Virus record (IMG/VR): IMGVR_UViG_3300047157_000152
Span: 3,725-67,724 of that record
Length of the DNA stretch: 64,000 nt
DNA from: a virus
Reading direction: 5' to 3' (one strand)
The notes beneath the pieces were generated by a model that was given only the letters and a program-made list of their open reading frames with translations, did no database searches and was not told the DNA's origin. Positions 7,803 to 20,500 of this stretch are shown here, in pieces (position 1 is the first letter of the stretch; the number at the start of each line of letters is the position of its first letter). Both the position numbers and the translations under genes were made by a program.

Positions 7803-7847
7803 GTGACATAAGGCTATTAAGGTAGTAGAGTAATAGGCTATTGTCAC
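7803..7847. promoter_or_regulatory. Imperfect palindrome GTGACA-N33-TGTCAC, inverted relative of 485-528
   Basis: Shares AGAGTAA.AGGCTA.TGTCAC with the reverse complement of 485-528. Confidence 0.6.
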
Positions 7848-8002
7848 ACTATTCAAATACTCTCTATATACTACTAGTAAACCTTACTAAAAACCTGTAA
7901 TATTATTAACCATAGCGCGCTTTACCAAAAGTCCGTTAAAATAAAATCATACAATTAGCTGTAAAATATAAAAAACCAGCATAACGATAAAAAAAAACAA
8001 AT

Positions 8003-8656
8003 ATGGCTTTAATTTCTTCCTATCCTTTACTCACCCCTCAACTGGGTGATAAAATACTAGGTTCTAACTTAGTAGATGCCTCGGGCAACCCAGTATTAAA
8101 CAACCCAACATGTCAATTTAACATTACCGATGTAAAAGCATTAGTTGATCAAAACTATGTACAGCAAATAGAGTCATCTTCAGGTGTTGCTTCTCAAGCT
8201 TCTACACAAAACACACCTTATAGCATACAATTTGGAGCTCCGCAAGGAACAGATGCTAACAATGTACAATTATTAAAAACAGTTAATACCGATGCAGAGG
8301 CTAGTAAAGTAAAATTTAATGCATTAGGTACATATAACATAACATTAACATATTCTGTTGGTGTCAACCAAGGTGCTAACACGCCTTATTTAATATTTAG
8401 AACATTAAAAGACGGTGCAGCACAAGAAGGACCAACTGTTGTTGTAAATGAGGCTTTCACTGCAGTGAATAAACCTATCCCACTTATTATTCCAGTTACA
8501 ATACATGTAACAGAACCTTGTTATTACAATTTTCAAATGATGCGTAGCAACGCTGGGGCAAATGATGGTGGTTTGGTTAAAAACGGTACACCAATAAACG
8601 TTGCGGGTGTTACAGAGCCTAGCATAGCAACAATAAAAATATCTAAACTAATATAA
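8003..8656 (+). CDS. Putative virion/tail-associated protein
   Basis: N-terminus MA.I.SYP..TP...D.ILG shared with the next tail-fibre gene; beta-rich. Confidence 0.6.
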   Translation: MALISSYPLLTPQLGDKILGSNLVDASGNPVLNNPTCQFNITDVKALVDQNYVQQIESSSGVASQASTQNTPYSIQFGAPQGTDANNVQLLKTVNTDAEASKVKFNALGTYNITLTYSVGVNQGANTPYLIFRTLKDGAAQEGPTVVVNEAFTAVNKPIPLIIPVTIHVTEPCYYNFQMMRSNAGANDGGLVKNGTPINVAGVTEPSIATIKISKLI

Positions 8657-8657
8657 C

Positions 8658-11600
8658 ATGGCAATAATATACTCATATCCAACGGTAACACCTACGTCAG
8701 AGGACCTTATATTAGGTACAGATATAAATGCTGATGGTAAACCAACTAAAAACTTCACAATACAAAGTATTGTAGATATAGTACAAGGAGGTGCAGCAGG
8801 ATTAGGTGCTGTAATAAAAATAAATTCTAGCGCAAAAGATCCAGCTACAGCCGCTAATCAATCTGCAATAGATTTTTTAAATATTAGTGGTACTGGTACC
8901 GCTTCATTTGGAGCATTAAGTGATGGTACTTTACAAATAACCGGTGGTAATTTAACCACTTCAGGTAGTGGTATATTTAATCAAATAACTGGAACATTAC
9001 AAACCGCTGCTCAACCAAACATAACTAGCTTAGGCACACTCACTAGCTTAATAGTTAATACGTCAGTGACAGGTACAGCTGTAGTTACAACATTAGCGAC
9101 ACCTGGTGATGATTTAAAAATAGCAAGTACAAAAGCTATTGTAGATTACATAGCGACAAAACCTAATAAAGAAACATTAGCTGAAACTCTTATCGCCGGC
9201 CAAACAACTGGTGGTAAAGATATAATTGTATCTGCAGGCGATGATATTACTTTCACAGATACATCAAAAATTATCCTTGGCGCTGGATCAGATGCTACAG
9301 TAGAACACGATGGCACAGATTTAAAAATAATAAACACTGAAGGTAAAACTACAATATCAAATAACTCAGGTGATATAGAAATAATAGCTACAGCAGCTAA
9401 TAAAAAATCTAAAATAAGCGGTAAAGTAGGTGTTGAATTACAATATGACGGTAGTAAGACGTTTGAAACAATTTCAAATGGATCAATTGCTACGGGTACT
9501 TTCAATACTACAGGGTTGTTAACTGCTCAAACAAACTTATGGTTTAAAGATAAAATAGGTATTGGTGGTGCAGGTGCACCTAATTACGGTACATCAGGGC
9601 AAGTTTTAAGTTCCGGCGGTGCTTTAGGAGATGCAACTTGGGAAGATCTTACTCCTTTATATACTTGGATTATAGAAGCAGATAGTGGAACCGGTCAACC
9701 TTATACAGTTGCTTCAGGTGATACAATTGATTTTGTTGGAGGCGATAATATAAATACATCGTGGGTTAATGCAGGTAAAGAATTAAAAATCGATGCTACT
9801 GGTGTAGTACAAAAAGGTACAGGTGCCGCAACTCAAGTAGCGTATTGGACTGATGCTAATACTATAGCTGGTGATGCAGGTATGACTTATGACGCAGCTA
9901 ATGATTATTTAACTTTAGCAGGCACAGTAAAATCCGGCAAGTTTACAACAACTGCGGGTACAGCAACTTGGATAACAACTGTTTTAGATGGTTTTACGTC
10001 TATAACTTCAGATCTTTTTGTAGGTGATGCAACAGCTGCAACAGTTCCATCAAGCCCACCGTGGCCAGCAAATCCTACAGCTAATGTACAATTTCAAGGT
10101 AATGCTTCTAGTGCAAACGTATTAAAATTAGTTGGTGCTGTTTCTATATCACAAGGTGCCGCACCTTCAGCTGGCGCAGAAAATACTCAAGGTGTTTCAA
10201 GTGTTGCTGGTCAAACATATACAAGTGGCGGTAATATTACAATTGAAACAACTTTAGCTTCTACAGTTGCAACAGCTAAAAGATTAACAAACTTACCTAC
10301 TCCAACATCCGCTGCAATTGCCGCATCTGATACTATACTTGCTGCTATGGCAAAACTGCAAGGTCAAATAAATGGTTTAGCTGGTAGCCTTGCTTTTGAA
10401 GGAACGTGGGATGCTAGTGCTGGTACTGCACCAAGTGCTTCACCAGTCAATGGTCAGTTCTGGATTGTATCTGTTGCTGGTAATACAGATTTAGATGGTA
10501 TCACTGATTGGAAAGTTGGTGACTGGGCAATATATGTAGACAATGGAGCCGGTACAGATGCTTGGCAAAAGTTAGATCAATCAAACGAAGTGTTAGGATC
10601 TGGTACTGCTCAAAAAATGGCTATGTGGTCAGGTACAGTTGGAGACGCTTCTCAAACTTTAGCAACTGGTCTTATAGAACAAAATGCTACAAATAATTTA
10701 ATTACAATAGGTAATTCAGGTTCATTATTAGTTGAAGGTAATACAACGTTAGGTGATAGCAATACCGATACAGTGTTAGCAAAAGGTCCTGTTACATTAA
10801 ATGAAACACTTAATATAAAAAAAGGTATAGAGGTTAATGGCGCAGCCGGCACAAGCGGTCAAGTATTAACATCAGGTTCTGGTTCAACAGCAGTAATGTC
10901 ATGGACAACACCTACTACAGGTACAGTTACAAATGTAGCTTTAACAGAAACAGGTAATGCACTTACTATAACTGGATCTCCAGTGACTAGCAGTGGTACA
11001 ATTAATATAGCTGGTGCAGGTTCTGCATCTCAATATATAAACGGGGAATTAAATTTAGTTACTTTCCCAACTGTAGATAACTACGTTAGCTGGACGCTAG
11101 CTGGTGATTCAGGGCCTAGTCAAACTATAAGTTCTACAAACACAGCTACTTTTGCTGGAGGATTTGGTATTAGTACAGTTGCTAGTGCCACTGATACATT
11201 AACAACAGCTATTGATATAGTAGGTACAGATAATGCAATTGCAGGATTAACTGCAGCAACTCCTTTAGCCACAGATACTTTATGGTTTAATGATATAAGC
11301 GATTCTAATACTATTAGAAAAGCAACTATATCAGATATTGTAGCTTTAGGAGATCAAGGTTTACCTGCAGTATTAGCTATTAACAATACAACTGGGTCAA
11401 CTAACATAGTTGTTCAAAAAAGCATACAACTGCCTGTAACAAGTACAAATAACAACTCACCAACAGACGTAGGTGTTATATCTTTTGGAGGAACATATAC
11501 TAATGGTAATAGAATTTATAACCACGCATCAGGCGGAACTCTTAGGATTGAAGGAAGTGATAACCTACAGTTATATGCACCTAACTTTCAAGTATCAAAT

Positions 11601-12350
11601 TCTAATGGTGTTTTAATAACGGCTGGAGATACAGGTACTAGCTTGCGTTATCAAGGTTCAGAAAAATTAACAACTACAAATACAGGTATTGAGGTAAGTG
11701 GTACATCTTCAAGTTTTGCAGGTAATGTTACTATTCCAGGCGCTATATCTGCTGGTGCTAACGGAGGTTTAAGAATTCATTCTTCAGGAACAAAATTTTT
11801 CAATGTAACAGCAGCAAACGCGGCTAGAACTAATATTATGGATATTGGTGCTCCAGATGCTAGATTTAAAAGTTTATATTTAGGTACCGATGCTGATATA
11901 CAAGGTAACGTGCAAATTGACGGTAACTTAACTGTTGATGGTCATATAATCCACGGTGGTGGTGGTGGTGGAACAGGTAAAGGTGGACAGTTTACTAAAC
12001 TATATACAACAGGAAACGCTGGTGTAGCGGGAGTTGCTTTTACAATAGATAGAGCTACAACAGGCGCTATGGTTTTTGATGTTATGCTAACTAGTGATAC
12101 ATCTACAACTTGTGCTGTTGCTAAAAAATATACAGTTGTTTGCACTTATGGCGCAACCGCTCCTATATATAATAAAATATTAGACACAGGGCCAGATGGT
12201 TCAAATGACTTTACAGTAGCTTTTGCTGATGACACATCTAATACAAAAATAAAATGTACAATAACACCAACCGGTGTAGGTACTCAAAAAATAGGTATTA
12301 CAATTGACTTAGGGTTTGGACAAAACGATGCAACGGTTGTAATGAATTAA
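8658..12350 (+). CDS. Tail fibre protein (1230 aa)
   Basis: G/T/A-rich, GTSGQVL.S.G hinge motifs, FEGTWDA...W.V...G.T.LDG.TDW.VGDW fibre motif. Confidence 0.8.
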   Translation: MAIIYSYPTVTPTSEDLILGTDINADGKPTKNFTIQSIVDIVQGGAAGLGAVIKINSSAKDPATAANQSAIDFLNISGTGTASFGALSDGTLQITGGNLTTSGSGIFNQITGTLQTAAQPNITSLGTLTSLIVNTSVTGTAVVTTLATPGDDLKIASTKAIVDYIATKPNKETLAETLIAGQTTGGKDIIVSAGDDITFTDTSKIILGAGSDATVEHDGTDLKIINTEGKTTISNNSGDIEIIATAANKKSKISGKVGVELQYDGSKTFETISNGSIATGTFNTTGLLTAQTNLWFKDKIGIGGAGAPNYGTSGQVLSSGGALGDATWEDLTPLYTWIIEADSGTGQPYTVASGDTIDFVGGDNINTSWVNAGKELKIDATGVVQKGTGAATQVAYWTDANTIAGDAGMTYDAANDYLTLAGTVKSGKFTTTAGTATWITTVLDGFTSITSDLFVGDATAATVPSSPPWPANPTANVQFQGNASSANVLKLVGAVSISQGAAPSAGAENTQGVSSVAGQTYTSGGNITIETTLASTVATAKRLTNLPTPTSAAIAASDTILAAMAKLQGQINGLAGSLAFEGTWDASAGTAPSASPVNGQFWIVSVAGNTDLDGITDWKVGDWAIYVDNGAGTDAWQKLDQSNEVLGSGTAQKMAMWSGTVGDASQTLATGLIEQNATNNLITIGNSGSLLVEGNTTLGDSNTDTVLAKGPVTLNETLNIKKGIEVNGAAGTSGQVLTSGSGSTAVMSWTTPTTGTVTNVALTETGNALTITGSPVTSSGTINIAGAGSASQYINGELNLVTFPTVDNYVSWTLAGDSGPSQTISSTNTATFAGGFGISTVASATDTLTTAIDIVGTDNAIAGLTAATPLATDTLWFNDISDSNTIRKATISDIVALGDQGLPAVLAINNTTGSTNIVVQKSIQLPVTSTNNNSPTDVGVISFGGTYTNGNRIYNHASGGTLRIEGSDNLQLYAPNFQVSNSNGVLITAGDTGTSLRYQGSEKLTTTNTGIEVSGTSSSFAGNVTIPGAISAGANGGLRIHSSGTKFFNVTAANAARTNIMDIGAPDARFKSLYLGTDADIQGNVQIDGNLTVDGHIIHGGGGGGTGKGGQFTKLYTTGNAGVAGVAFTIDRATTGAMVFDVMLTSDTSTTCAVAKKYTVVCTYGATAPIYNKILDTGPDGSNDFTVAFADDTSNTKIKCTITPTGVGTQKIGITIDLGFGQNDATVVMN

Positions 12351-12358
12351 AATAAAAT

Positions 12359-14551
12359 ATGGCTAATTTATCTAATATAAATAATAAGTTCCTAGTAACA
12401 ACTGGAGGCAACGTAGGAATAGGAACCACTTCGCCTGCTAGTGTTTTACATATAAAAGATAATTCAGCTAACCCTACACAATTAAGCATACAATCGAATG
12501 ATTATTCAAGGGCTGAAGAAATTAATTTTTTAAACCCTTCTACAAGTGCAATTTCAGGTCAAATAAAATATTACACAAATCCTACGGTTGAATATATGTC
12601 TTTTTCAACTTCTAACAATAGTGCTGCTGCCGAACGTATGCGTATTACAAACACCGGCAACGTCGGGATCGGAACAGTAAATCCAAAAACAAATTTTGAG
12701 GTAATAGGTGGTTTAAATATAAGTACTAACACAACTAGTGCAACAACCACAACTATGCGTATTGGGTCTTATGGTGCAAGTTCCCAAACATATTATGGAG
12801 CAAAACTTATAGCACATACAAATTTTACTTCAACAGCAAATGCTGATTTATCTTTTGATTTAGGAGGTCTTGGAGAAGTTATGCGACTTCATTGTAATGG
12901 TTCGGAAACAAGAGTAGGAATTGGAACGACTACGCCTAATGAAAAATTACAACTCGCTGGTAATCTTAATGCATACGCTCCTGGTGGTATTGATGCTGGT
13001 TTATTTGCAAGTACTGCTGCTGGCTCAACAACTATTGCCTTAAGGTCAAGTGGAGTAACTCATTTTAATGGCGGCGACGTAGGAATCGGGACAAGTTCGC
13101 CTGGTCATAAACTTAATATTGTAGGTGCTAATAACACCACTGCTGTTGGAATTGATTTTCCTTCTGCAAGTTATGATTTTTCAGCTAACAGCACTAGTGG
13201 TTATACTACTTCATTCCATATGGATAACACTGGTACTTACATTGGTAGCAACAGTGCGGGTAGAGCTTTAATTTTTCAAACAAATGATACAGATAGATTA
13301 TATATAAACGGAAATACAGGAAACGTCGGGATTGGGGTTACTGATCCACAAGCAAAACTTGAAGTTAAAGGCCCAAGCGCATCCCCGGCTGACGGTAATG
13401 AAGTAATCTCTGTAACAAATACAACTGGAGGAAGTAAGCTTCTTCTGGGGGTAGCAGAAAACCAATACGGATGGATTCAGTCAGCAGAAGGCGGTACGTA
13501 TAGGAATCTTCTTTTAAATCCACTTGGCGGCAACGTCGGGATCGGAGTGGTTGGGCCTACAAGTATTTTGGACATTAGACAGTCAATAGTGCCAAGAATT
13601 ACTTTAGTAAAAAATGGAGTATTAAGTTGGTATATAGGAAATGTTCTTCAAGGCACCAGTAATAATTTTACAATTGGCACAGATTCTGGTGGCAACAACA
13701 ATATATTAAACATTACGAACACAGGCAACGTCGGGATCGGGGAGGCTTCGCCTTCTGGAGCTTTGCACGTGAAATCTTCCACTGCCACTACTACAGGTAT
13801 GGTTAGATTACAGAATGATATGGATAATAACTACGAAACCCTACGTATTGAGTCGTTAGGAAATTATGATGCTCATATTGGATTTCTAGCAAACGGAACT
13901 TCTGATTATTGGTGGGGAATTGGAATAGATTATTCTGATTCTGGTAAATTTAAAATTTCGGGAGATAATATATTATCAGTTAATACTAGACTAACTATTG
14001 ACACTTCAGGCAACGTCGGAATCGGGACGACTTCGCCTGGTGATGCAAAGTTATATGTAAATGGAGGAACAACTCTAGGGGGAAGCAATAACACGAGCGC
14101 TGGAGCTACAAGAATATTTGGAGATATAAAAAGACCTCAAGCTAATAATTTTGTTAGAAGAAATTATAATTTAACAGCGGGTTCAAGTAGTTCATTATAT
14201 AGTATAGCAAGACAATGGCATGACCACGCTAACTGGGGATTAGGAAATATTAATGTTATAATGTGGGGTATTTATTATGGTCAAGGTCAATATAATAAAG
14301 CAGATTTTTCCTGTAGGTATGGTTATAGTGGTGGTGGTGCCGACGTACAGACTAACTTTAACCCCAACGGCATGGTTGTGCCATCTTGGACATCAGCAAC
14401 TCAAGTTTCTGGAAATATACATTATAGAGATTTACAAATTCAAATACCAGCATATTATCAAATTTCTTTTGAAATAATAAGCCCAGGATGTGTACAAACT
14501 TATAATATAAATAACACGGCTAATAATACGGTATATTTATATCCTCATTAA
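12359..14551 (+). CDS. Modular tail fibre with GNVGIGTTSP repeats (730 aa)
   Basis: Eight GNVGIG-type junctions separating divergent modules. Confidence 0.8.
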   Translation: MANLSNINNKFLVTTGGNVGIGTTSPASVLHIKDNSANPTQLSIQSNDYSRAEEINFLNPSTSAISGQIKYYTNPTVEYMSFSTSNNSAAAERMRITNTGNVGIGTVNPKTNFEVIGGLNISTNTTSATTTTMRIGSYGASSQTYYGAKLIAHTNFTSTANADLSFDLGGLGEVMRLHCNGSETRVGIGTTTPNEKLQLAGNLNAYAPGGIDAGLFASTAAGSTTIALRSSGVTHFNGGDVGIGTSSPGHKLNIVGANNTTAVGIDFPSASYDFSANSTSGYTTSFHMDNTGTYIGSNSAGRALIFQTNDTDRLYINGNTGNVGIGVTDPQAKLEVKGPSASPADGNEVISVTNTTGGSKLLLGVAENQYGWIQSAEGGTYRNLLLNPLGGNVGIGVVGPTSILDIRQSIVPRITLVKNGVLSWYIGNVLQGTSNNFTIGTDSGGNNNILNITNTGNVGIGEASPSGALHVKSSTATTTGMVRLQNDMDNNYETLRIESLGNYDAHIGFLANGTSDYWWGIGIDYSDSGKFKISGDNILSVNTRLTIDTSGNVGIGTTSPGDAKLYVNGGTTLGGSNNTSAGATRIFGDIKRPQANNFVRRNYNLTAGSSSSLYSIARQWHDHANWGLGNINVIMWGIYYGQGQYNKADFSCRYGYSGGGADVQTNFNPNGMVVPSWTSATQVSGNIHYRDLQIQIPAYYQISFEIISPGCVQTYNINNTANNTVYLYPH

Positions 14552-17500
14552 ATAAATAAATGGCATCATTATCTAATATAAACGGGATATTTGACGTCCA
14601 TTCTACTGGGGCTATACTTTTTAGTACATCTCATGGAACTTCTGGGCAGATATTAAAATCAAATGGTAATGCAGCTCCAACTTGGGTAGCAGCTTCAACT
14701 GTTATTGGTGGACCATATTTACCTTTGACAGGTGGCACGCTTACTGGTAATTTAGCTATTAGCGCTTCTAATAGCTTAACAGTTAATGGACAATTTAATA
14801 TTAATGGTACTGGTAATTGGTCGTTTAGAACCGTAAGTGGAGGAAACCTTATTTTAAAAGATGAATCAAACAATGCGGATAGAGTTGATTTTCATACAGA
14901 TGGACAAGTTGAAATTTTAGCAGCAGGAAGTAGATTTTATCCAAGTATAATTTTTAATAATGATATAAACACAGGTATATATCATGCTGCTTCTGACACT
15001 TTAGGGTTTTCAGGTGGAGGAAATGAATTAATGACATTGAACTATAGTAATGGTATTAAGCTTTCACAATATGGTTCAGGATCATACACAGGTACAACAG
15101 CTTATAATTTAGCTGTAGATTCAAGTGGTAATATAATTGAAACAACAGATGGTGGTGGTGATATAACAGGTAGTGGAACAACAAATACTGTAGCTAAATT
15201 TACAGGTGCTAAAGCAATAGGTAATGGACCTATAACTTTTGCAACTAATAACTCAACTTTTGCAGGAACTGTACAAACAACAGGTGTAAAAACGCCATAT
15301 ATTGAATCAGCAGCAACAAACCAAAGTTTATTTTTATATGCCAATGGTAGTGGTCATATATATTTTGGTGATTCTACTAACGGAACAAATCTTTATCATT
15401 ATAGTAATTCTAATGACGGTAAATATACTTCTTATGGTTTTGATGGGAATTATTATACAATTTCAACAACAGCAACAAGCGGTGTTAAAATTAACGATCC
15501 TCTTCTTGTTATTGGTAGCGCTACTATTACAAACACTGGCGCTAACCCTACAATTACTTTAATAGAAAATAGCGGTGGAACTCAAAATGCTAAAATAGAG
15601 TTTGATCAGGCTGGTGAAAATCAATTATACATAACAACTAATTATGTAAGTCCTAGTGATAGTAATAGAATATTGTTGCAACCAGGTACTTACCCAGCTT
15701 TAATAGCATCGGGTGGTGCTAATGGCGCTATTAATACAAAAGTAGAAATTTCAGGAACTTTACTAGCTAACAGAAATATACAAACTCCAAACAGTGATCT
15801 TAGCACTGGATCAAATCCAACTAATTTTGGTATTTATACTTCAGAAATAAGATTAATAGATACTCCTAATGGTGGATTACAAAAATGTAGAGTAATTACA
15901 GATAATTATGGGGAATGGATTTTAGTAGGTAGGTATGCTGCTAGCGCAATGTCAGCTATTCAAAACACATGGAGCTCAGTCAGTGGACTATCACTTGACA
16001 CAACTCAAAGCGCAACCACACAATTTTCTGCTGATTTTGGTGATAGTTATCCTACAGAAGTTAGGATAATGGGGGCTACAGATTTTACTAAATGGAGAGA
16101 TAATAGAACAATTGACTTTATTTATGGTGTTCCAGAAGGAAGGGCATGGAAATATTTCTTTAGTGGAGGCGCAGAAAATGGCATGACATTTGTTGGCCCA
16201 AATCACAGTGGTAATAATAAGTATGGATGGAACATAAATGGTAGTTATGATGGATTCGGTAGGTGGGTAAACACAACTCAGACTTCTGTAGGTATGTCAG
16301 ATTCTAATGTTACAAACCCATCTGCGGCATATACAACAGCCACAACAAATGCTTTTAATTGGCATCCCGCTAGTGATGCTAAAATGACCGTTTCAGCTAC
16401 AAGAACATTTAGTGGACAAGATAGTTATGAAACAGCAGGATTTGGTAAAGATGATGCTAATCAAGGATTTTTTGATGAATATCCTAATGAAGTTACAAAT
16501 ATGCAAGGTGGAATTGATTTTAGTTCTGCTGTATGGGTGTTAATAAAACTACCTACTGCTATAAGCAGTGGTTCTGGTGGTGGTTCTGGTAATCAGTGGG
16601 CTGGAGGGCCAACCACAATACACAATACTAATACTGGTTCTGTCGGTATAGGAACATTTAATCCATCGGTTACAGGAAAAGGATTACAAATTCAGAACAT
16701 AGGGAACGATACGACAGCTTCGTTAAAATTAACAGGTCATAATAATACAGGCACACCAGGTGCAGCAACGTCTACAGAACTAAAACATATAGGAGATAGT
16801 TTAAAGTTTGCAATCAATCATGCGGGCACAGATGCGTTAACTATTGGTAGTAGCGCCAGTACAATAGGATTTACACTTTCTAACACTACTGAATTAGGTA
16901 CTTATCCAACAGGAGCTGTGAAAAGAATTAGAATGGCTCAAGGTGGTGAAATACATTTTGGAGATACAACAACCACTGCGCCTTTAGGTGTAACAGAAGG
17001 AGAATGGAATAATTTTGCAGATCAAGATAGTTTAGGTATATATTCTCGTAATCATTTTAGCGTTTATTCTTACGGTGGAACATATACAAATCCCAAATTA
17101 AGAATAGATGATGCTGGATCATATTTTCAAGGATCAAACTTTGGTATTGGTGTTACTAACCCTACTTCAGGTAATTTAGTTTTACCTCAAGAAGAATCTA
17201 ATCAGTTTAAAATAGCATTTACTGGTGCTTCTTCTAGCTCTGGTATATCCACTGTTGATCAAAGTGGCTCTGGTTTGTATATAGGAGCTAACTCAAGAGT
17301 AAATAATTCAGGTGTTATAACATATCACGATAGTGCATTAGATAGTAGTGGAATTTATTTTGACGGTTGGAACGGTAATGATATGGAGTTTTATACTGCA
17401 CTTTCAGGAACCCCACAAAAAAGAATGGTTATAGATGCTTATGGTAGAGTAAATATCTATCAACAACTATGCGTGGGATCAACAACCGCGCCAACTAATG

Positions 17501-20500
17501 AAAAACTATTAGTTCAAAGTGGCTTGGGTAATGGTTCTGAAATATGGAGGTTTGGAACAAGTGGTCGTTATACTTTTACAGGGCATAAATTTTTTAATTC
17601 TATAACAGGAACTGCCACAAGTGATGGGTGGTATACAATAGGTAATGTAGGTGACAGTTCTTCAGTAATAATAAACATAATGACTGCGGCACACAGTTCG
17701 GCTACGATACTAGCATCTAGAGGTTATGGCCCTTCAAATGTCGCAAGGATACAAGTGCTTTCTTCGACTAAAAATGCTAATGGTGGTTATGCAAACATAA
17801 AAGCTGTAAGAATAAATGCAGGTGGATTAATAGACATGCAATTATATTGGAATAGCGGGCCAAATGTTTCGGTACATTTAGCTTATTATGGGCTAGGTTG
17901 TGATATGCCAACAACTTTAGCACTCTCTGTTGGAGGCACTGGTGTTTATCCGTATAATATTATGGATACAGCTACATTTAGAAATACAGCTGCCTCTGCT
18001 AGAGTTGCAGGTGAACTAGATGTTGCTAGTCAAGTACATGCTAGTAGTAATATAAATGTTTATAGCACAAGTAAAATATATTTTAATGCAACAACTAATA
18101 GTGATCAATATATAGGTGCAATATCAAATAATGATTTAGACATAGCAGCTGGTGATGATATAAATTATAGATCTAATTTTAGTAGATTTTTTAGTGGTAC
18201 AACAGAACATGCTAGAATATCAGGTCTTAATAATCAAAATAATTGGATTGCAAATGCTACTGGTGGAAAATTAGGTGTTGGTAATGCTTCTCCGCAAACT
18301 ACTTTACACACTGGGCCTACAACTACAATTACTAATGTATTTACAGCTAGATTTGCTGCAAGTAACTTTTTTGCTAGTGGTGGAAATAGTATGTTTTACG
18401 TTCCTGATACAGCTGCAAATATAATGATGTTTGGCAGTAATCAATTTGGAACTAATCAAATAGAATTTTACCATAAAAATCCGGGAACAAGTCAAGCTTA
18501 TGTAGGGAGAATATCTACATCTGGTTCAGCAACTTCATACGTTACAAGTTCAGATTATAGATTAAAGGAAAATATAATTCCTTTGAGTGATTCTATATCT
18601 AGAATTAATCAATTAAAACCAAGTAGATTTAATTTTATAGAAGAACCTGGTAAGGTAGTAGATGGATTTATAGCGCATGAAGTACAAGATATAGTTCCTG
18701 AAGCTATTGTGGGAGAAAAAGATGAAGTTGATGAAGAAGGTGGTATTATACCGCAAGGTATAGATCAAGCTAAGTTAGTACCACTATTAGTAGCGGCAGT
18801 ACAAGAATTAGAAGCAAGAGTAAAAGAATTAGAAAATAAATAATATGGCATTATTAACAAATATAAATGGTAAATTCAGCGTAAGTGACGCAGGTGCAGT
18901 AAGATTTAACGATGCGTTTACTTTTCCGACAGTAGATGGTACTGCTAATTACGTATTAAAAACAAATGGTAGTGGGCAACTAGCTTGGGCGCCTGATGCA
19001 AATACAGGAACTGTTACAGGATCTGGTACAGCCAATACAATGCCTGTTTGGACAAGCGCAAGCGCTTTAGGAAATAGTATAATTACTCAACCTAGCAGTG
19101 CTAATGTTAGAGTATCTGGTAGTAGTGTTTATTTTAGTGTTACAGACACTAGCGCAGCAGCTAGAAATATAGACATAGGCCATTGGGTTGCAGGCCAAAC
19201 CAATATAGAGTCTGTTGGTGGAATATTATCTATTGGAACACAATCAAATCACGATATTGTTTTTGAAACAAACGGAAGTACTAAAGCTACTATTTTAGCT
19301 AACGGCAACGTCGGGATCGGGACGAATTCGCCTAGTTCAAAACTTCAAGTAAGCGGTGATGCTTATGTTACTGAAGAATTTGGGCAAGGTGTTGCTATAG
19401 CTAACAAAGTAACTACTTACGGCGCAGAGTTTAGAAGTTCTGGAGCAAGTGCACAAGTGTTTTTTGGTAGGTCAGGCAACGACATAGGTTCAGGAGCTAT
19501 AGGCGCAGATTCAAGTTATGTTTTTAGAGTGTGGAAGCCAACTGATTTTTCACAACCTTTTGTTATAGAGCAAGGCGGAAACGTCGGGATCGGTACGACT
19601 AGTCCTGATTCTAAGCTAGATGTAAAAGGACCATCAGCAACACCCGCTGACGGAAACCAAACGCTTTCAATTACAAATTCAACAGGAGGAACGCAGTTGA
19701 ATTTAGGTACTGCTGAAAATTCTTATGGATGGATAGAAGCAAGAGAAGGAAGTACTCTTAGAAATTTATTAATCAATCCTAATGGTGGAAACGTAGGAAT
19801 ATCTGAAACAAGTCCTGATTCAACTCTTACAGTTGGAGGAAATTTTACAGCAACTACAACAAAACCAACAGTAAGTGTTTCTAACATGACAAGTGGTGGT
19901 TCTTTAGGAATTAGAGGACTATCACCTATATTAGCATTTGATAAAACAGCAGGTGGTGTTCCAAAAATATTAATGGATGGTGGTGGTTTAGAATTTAAAA
20001 ATGGAACATTAGATGCCCAAGGCGATGTCCATTTAAAAATAGACAGTTCTGGAAACGTAATTATTGGAAATTCAAGTGTTGATAATCCAAACTCATTAGA
20101 TAAAGTTTTAGAAATTGAACATGGTGGCTCTGTTGGAGTAATATTAAACGATTCAAGAGATACTCCTATTGGATTAGAAAATAGAGGTGCTGTATTTCAT
20201 TTAACACATAATACAAACTCAAGATTAGTTGTTGATGGTGCTTCAGGAAAAGTAGGAATTGGGGTTACAGACCCTGATGCTAAATTAGAAATAAAAGGTA
20301 CTGGTGCATCAACTGGTTTAACTTTTAAAACAACTGATTCTTCAGATAATGAAATATTTTATATTAAAGATGGTGGAGTAGTTGGCGTAAGATATTATCC
20401 ATTTAAAATAGGTGTACCTAGTGGAACTGCTAATGTAGCTAATACTAGATTTCAAATAGCCACGACAGGTGGTGATTTTGTAGTGTTAAATGACGGAAAA

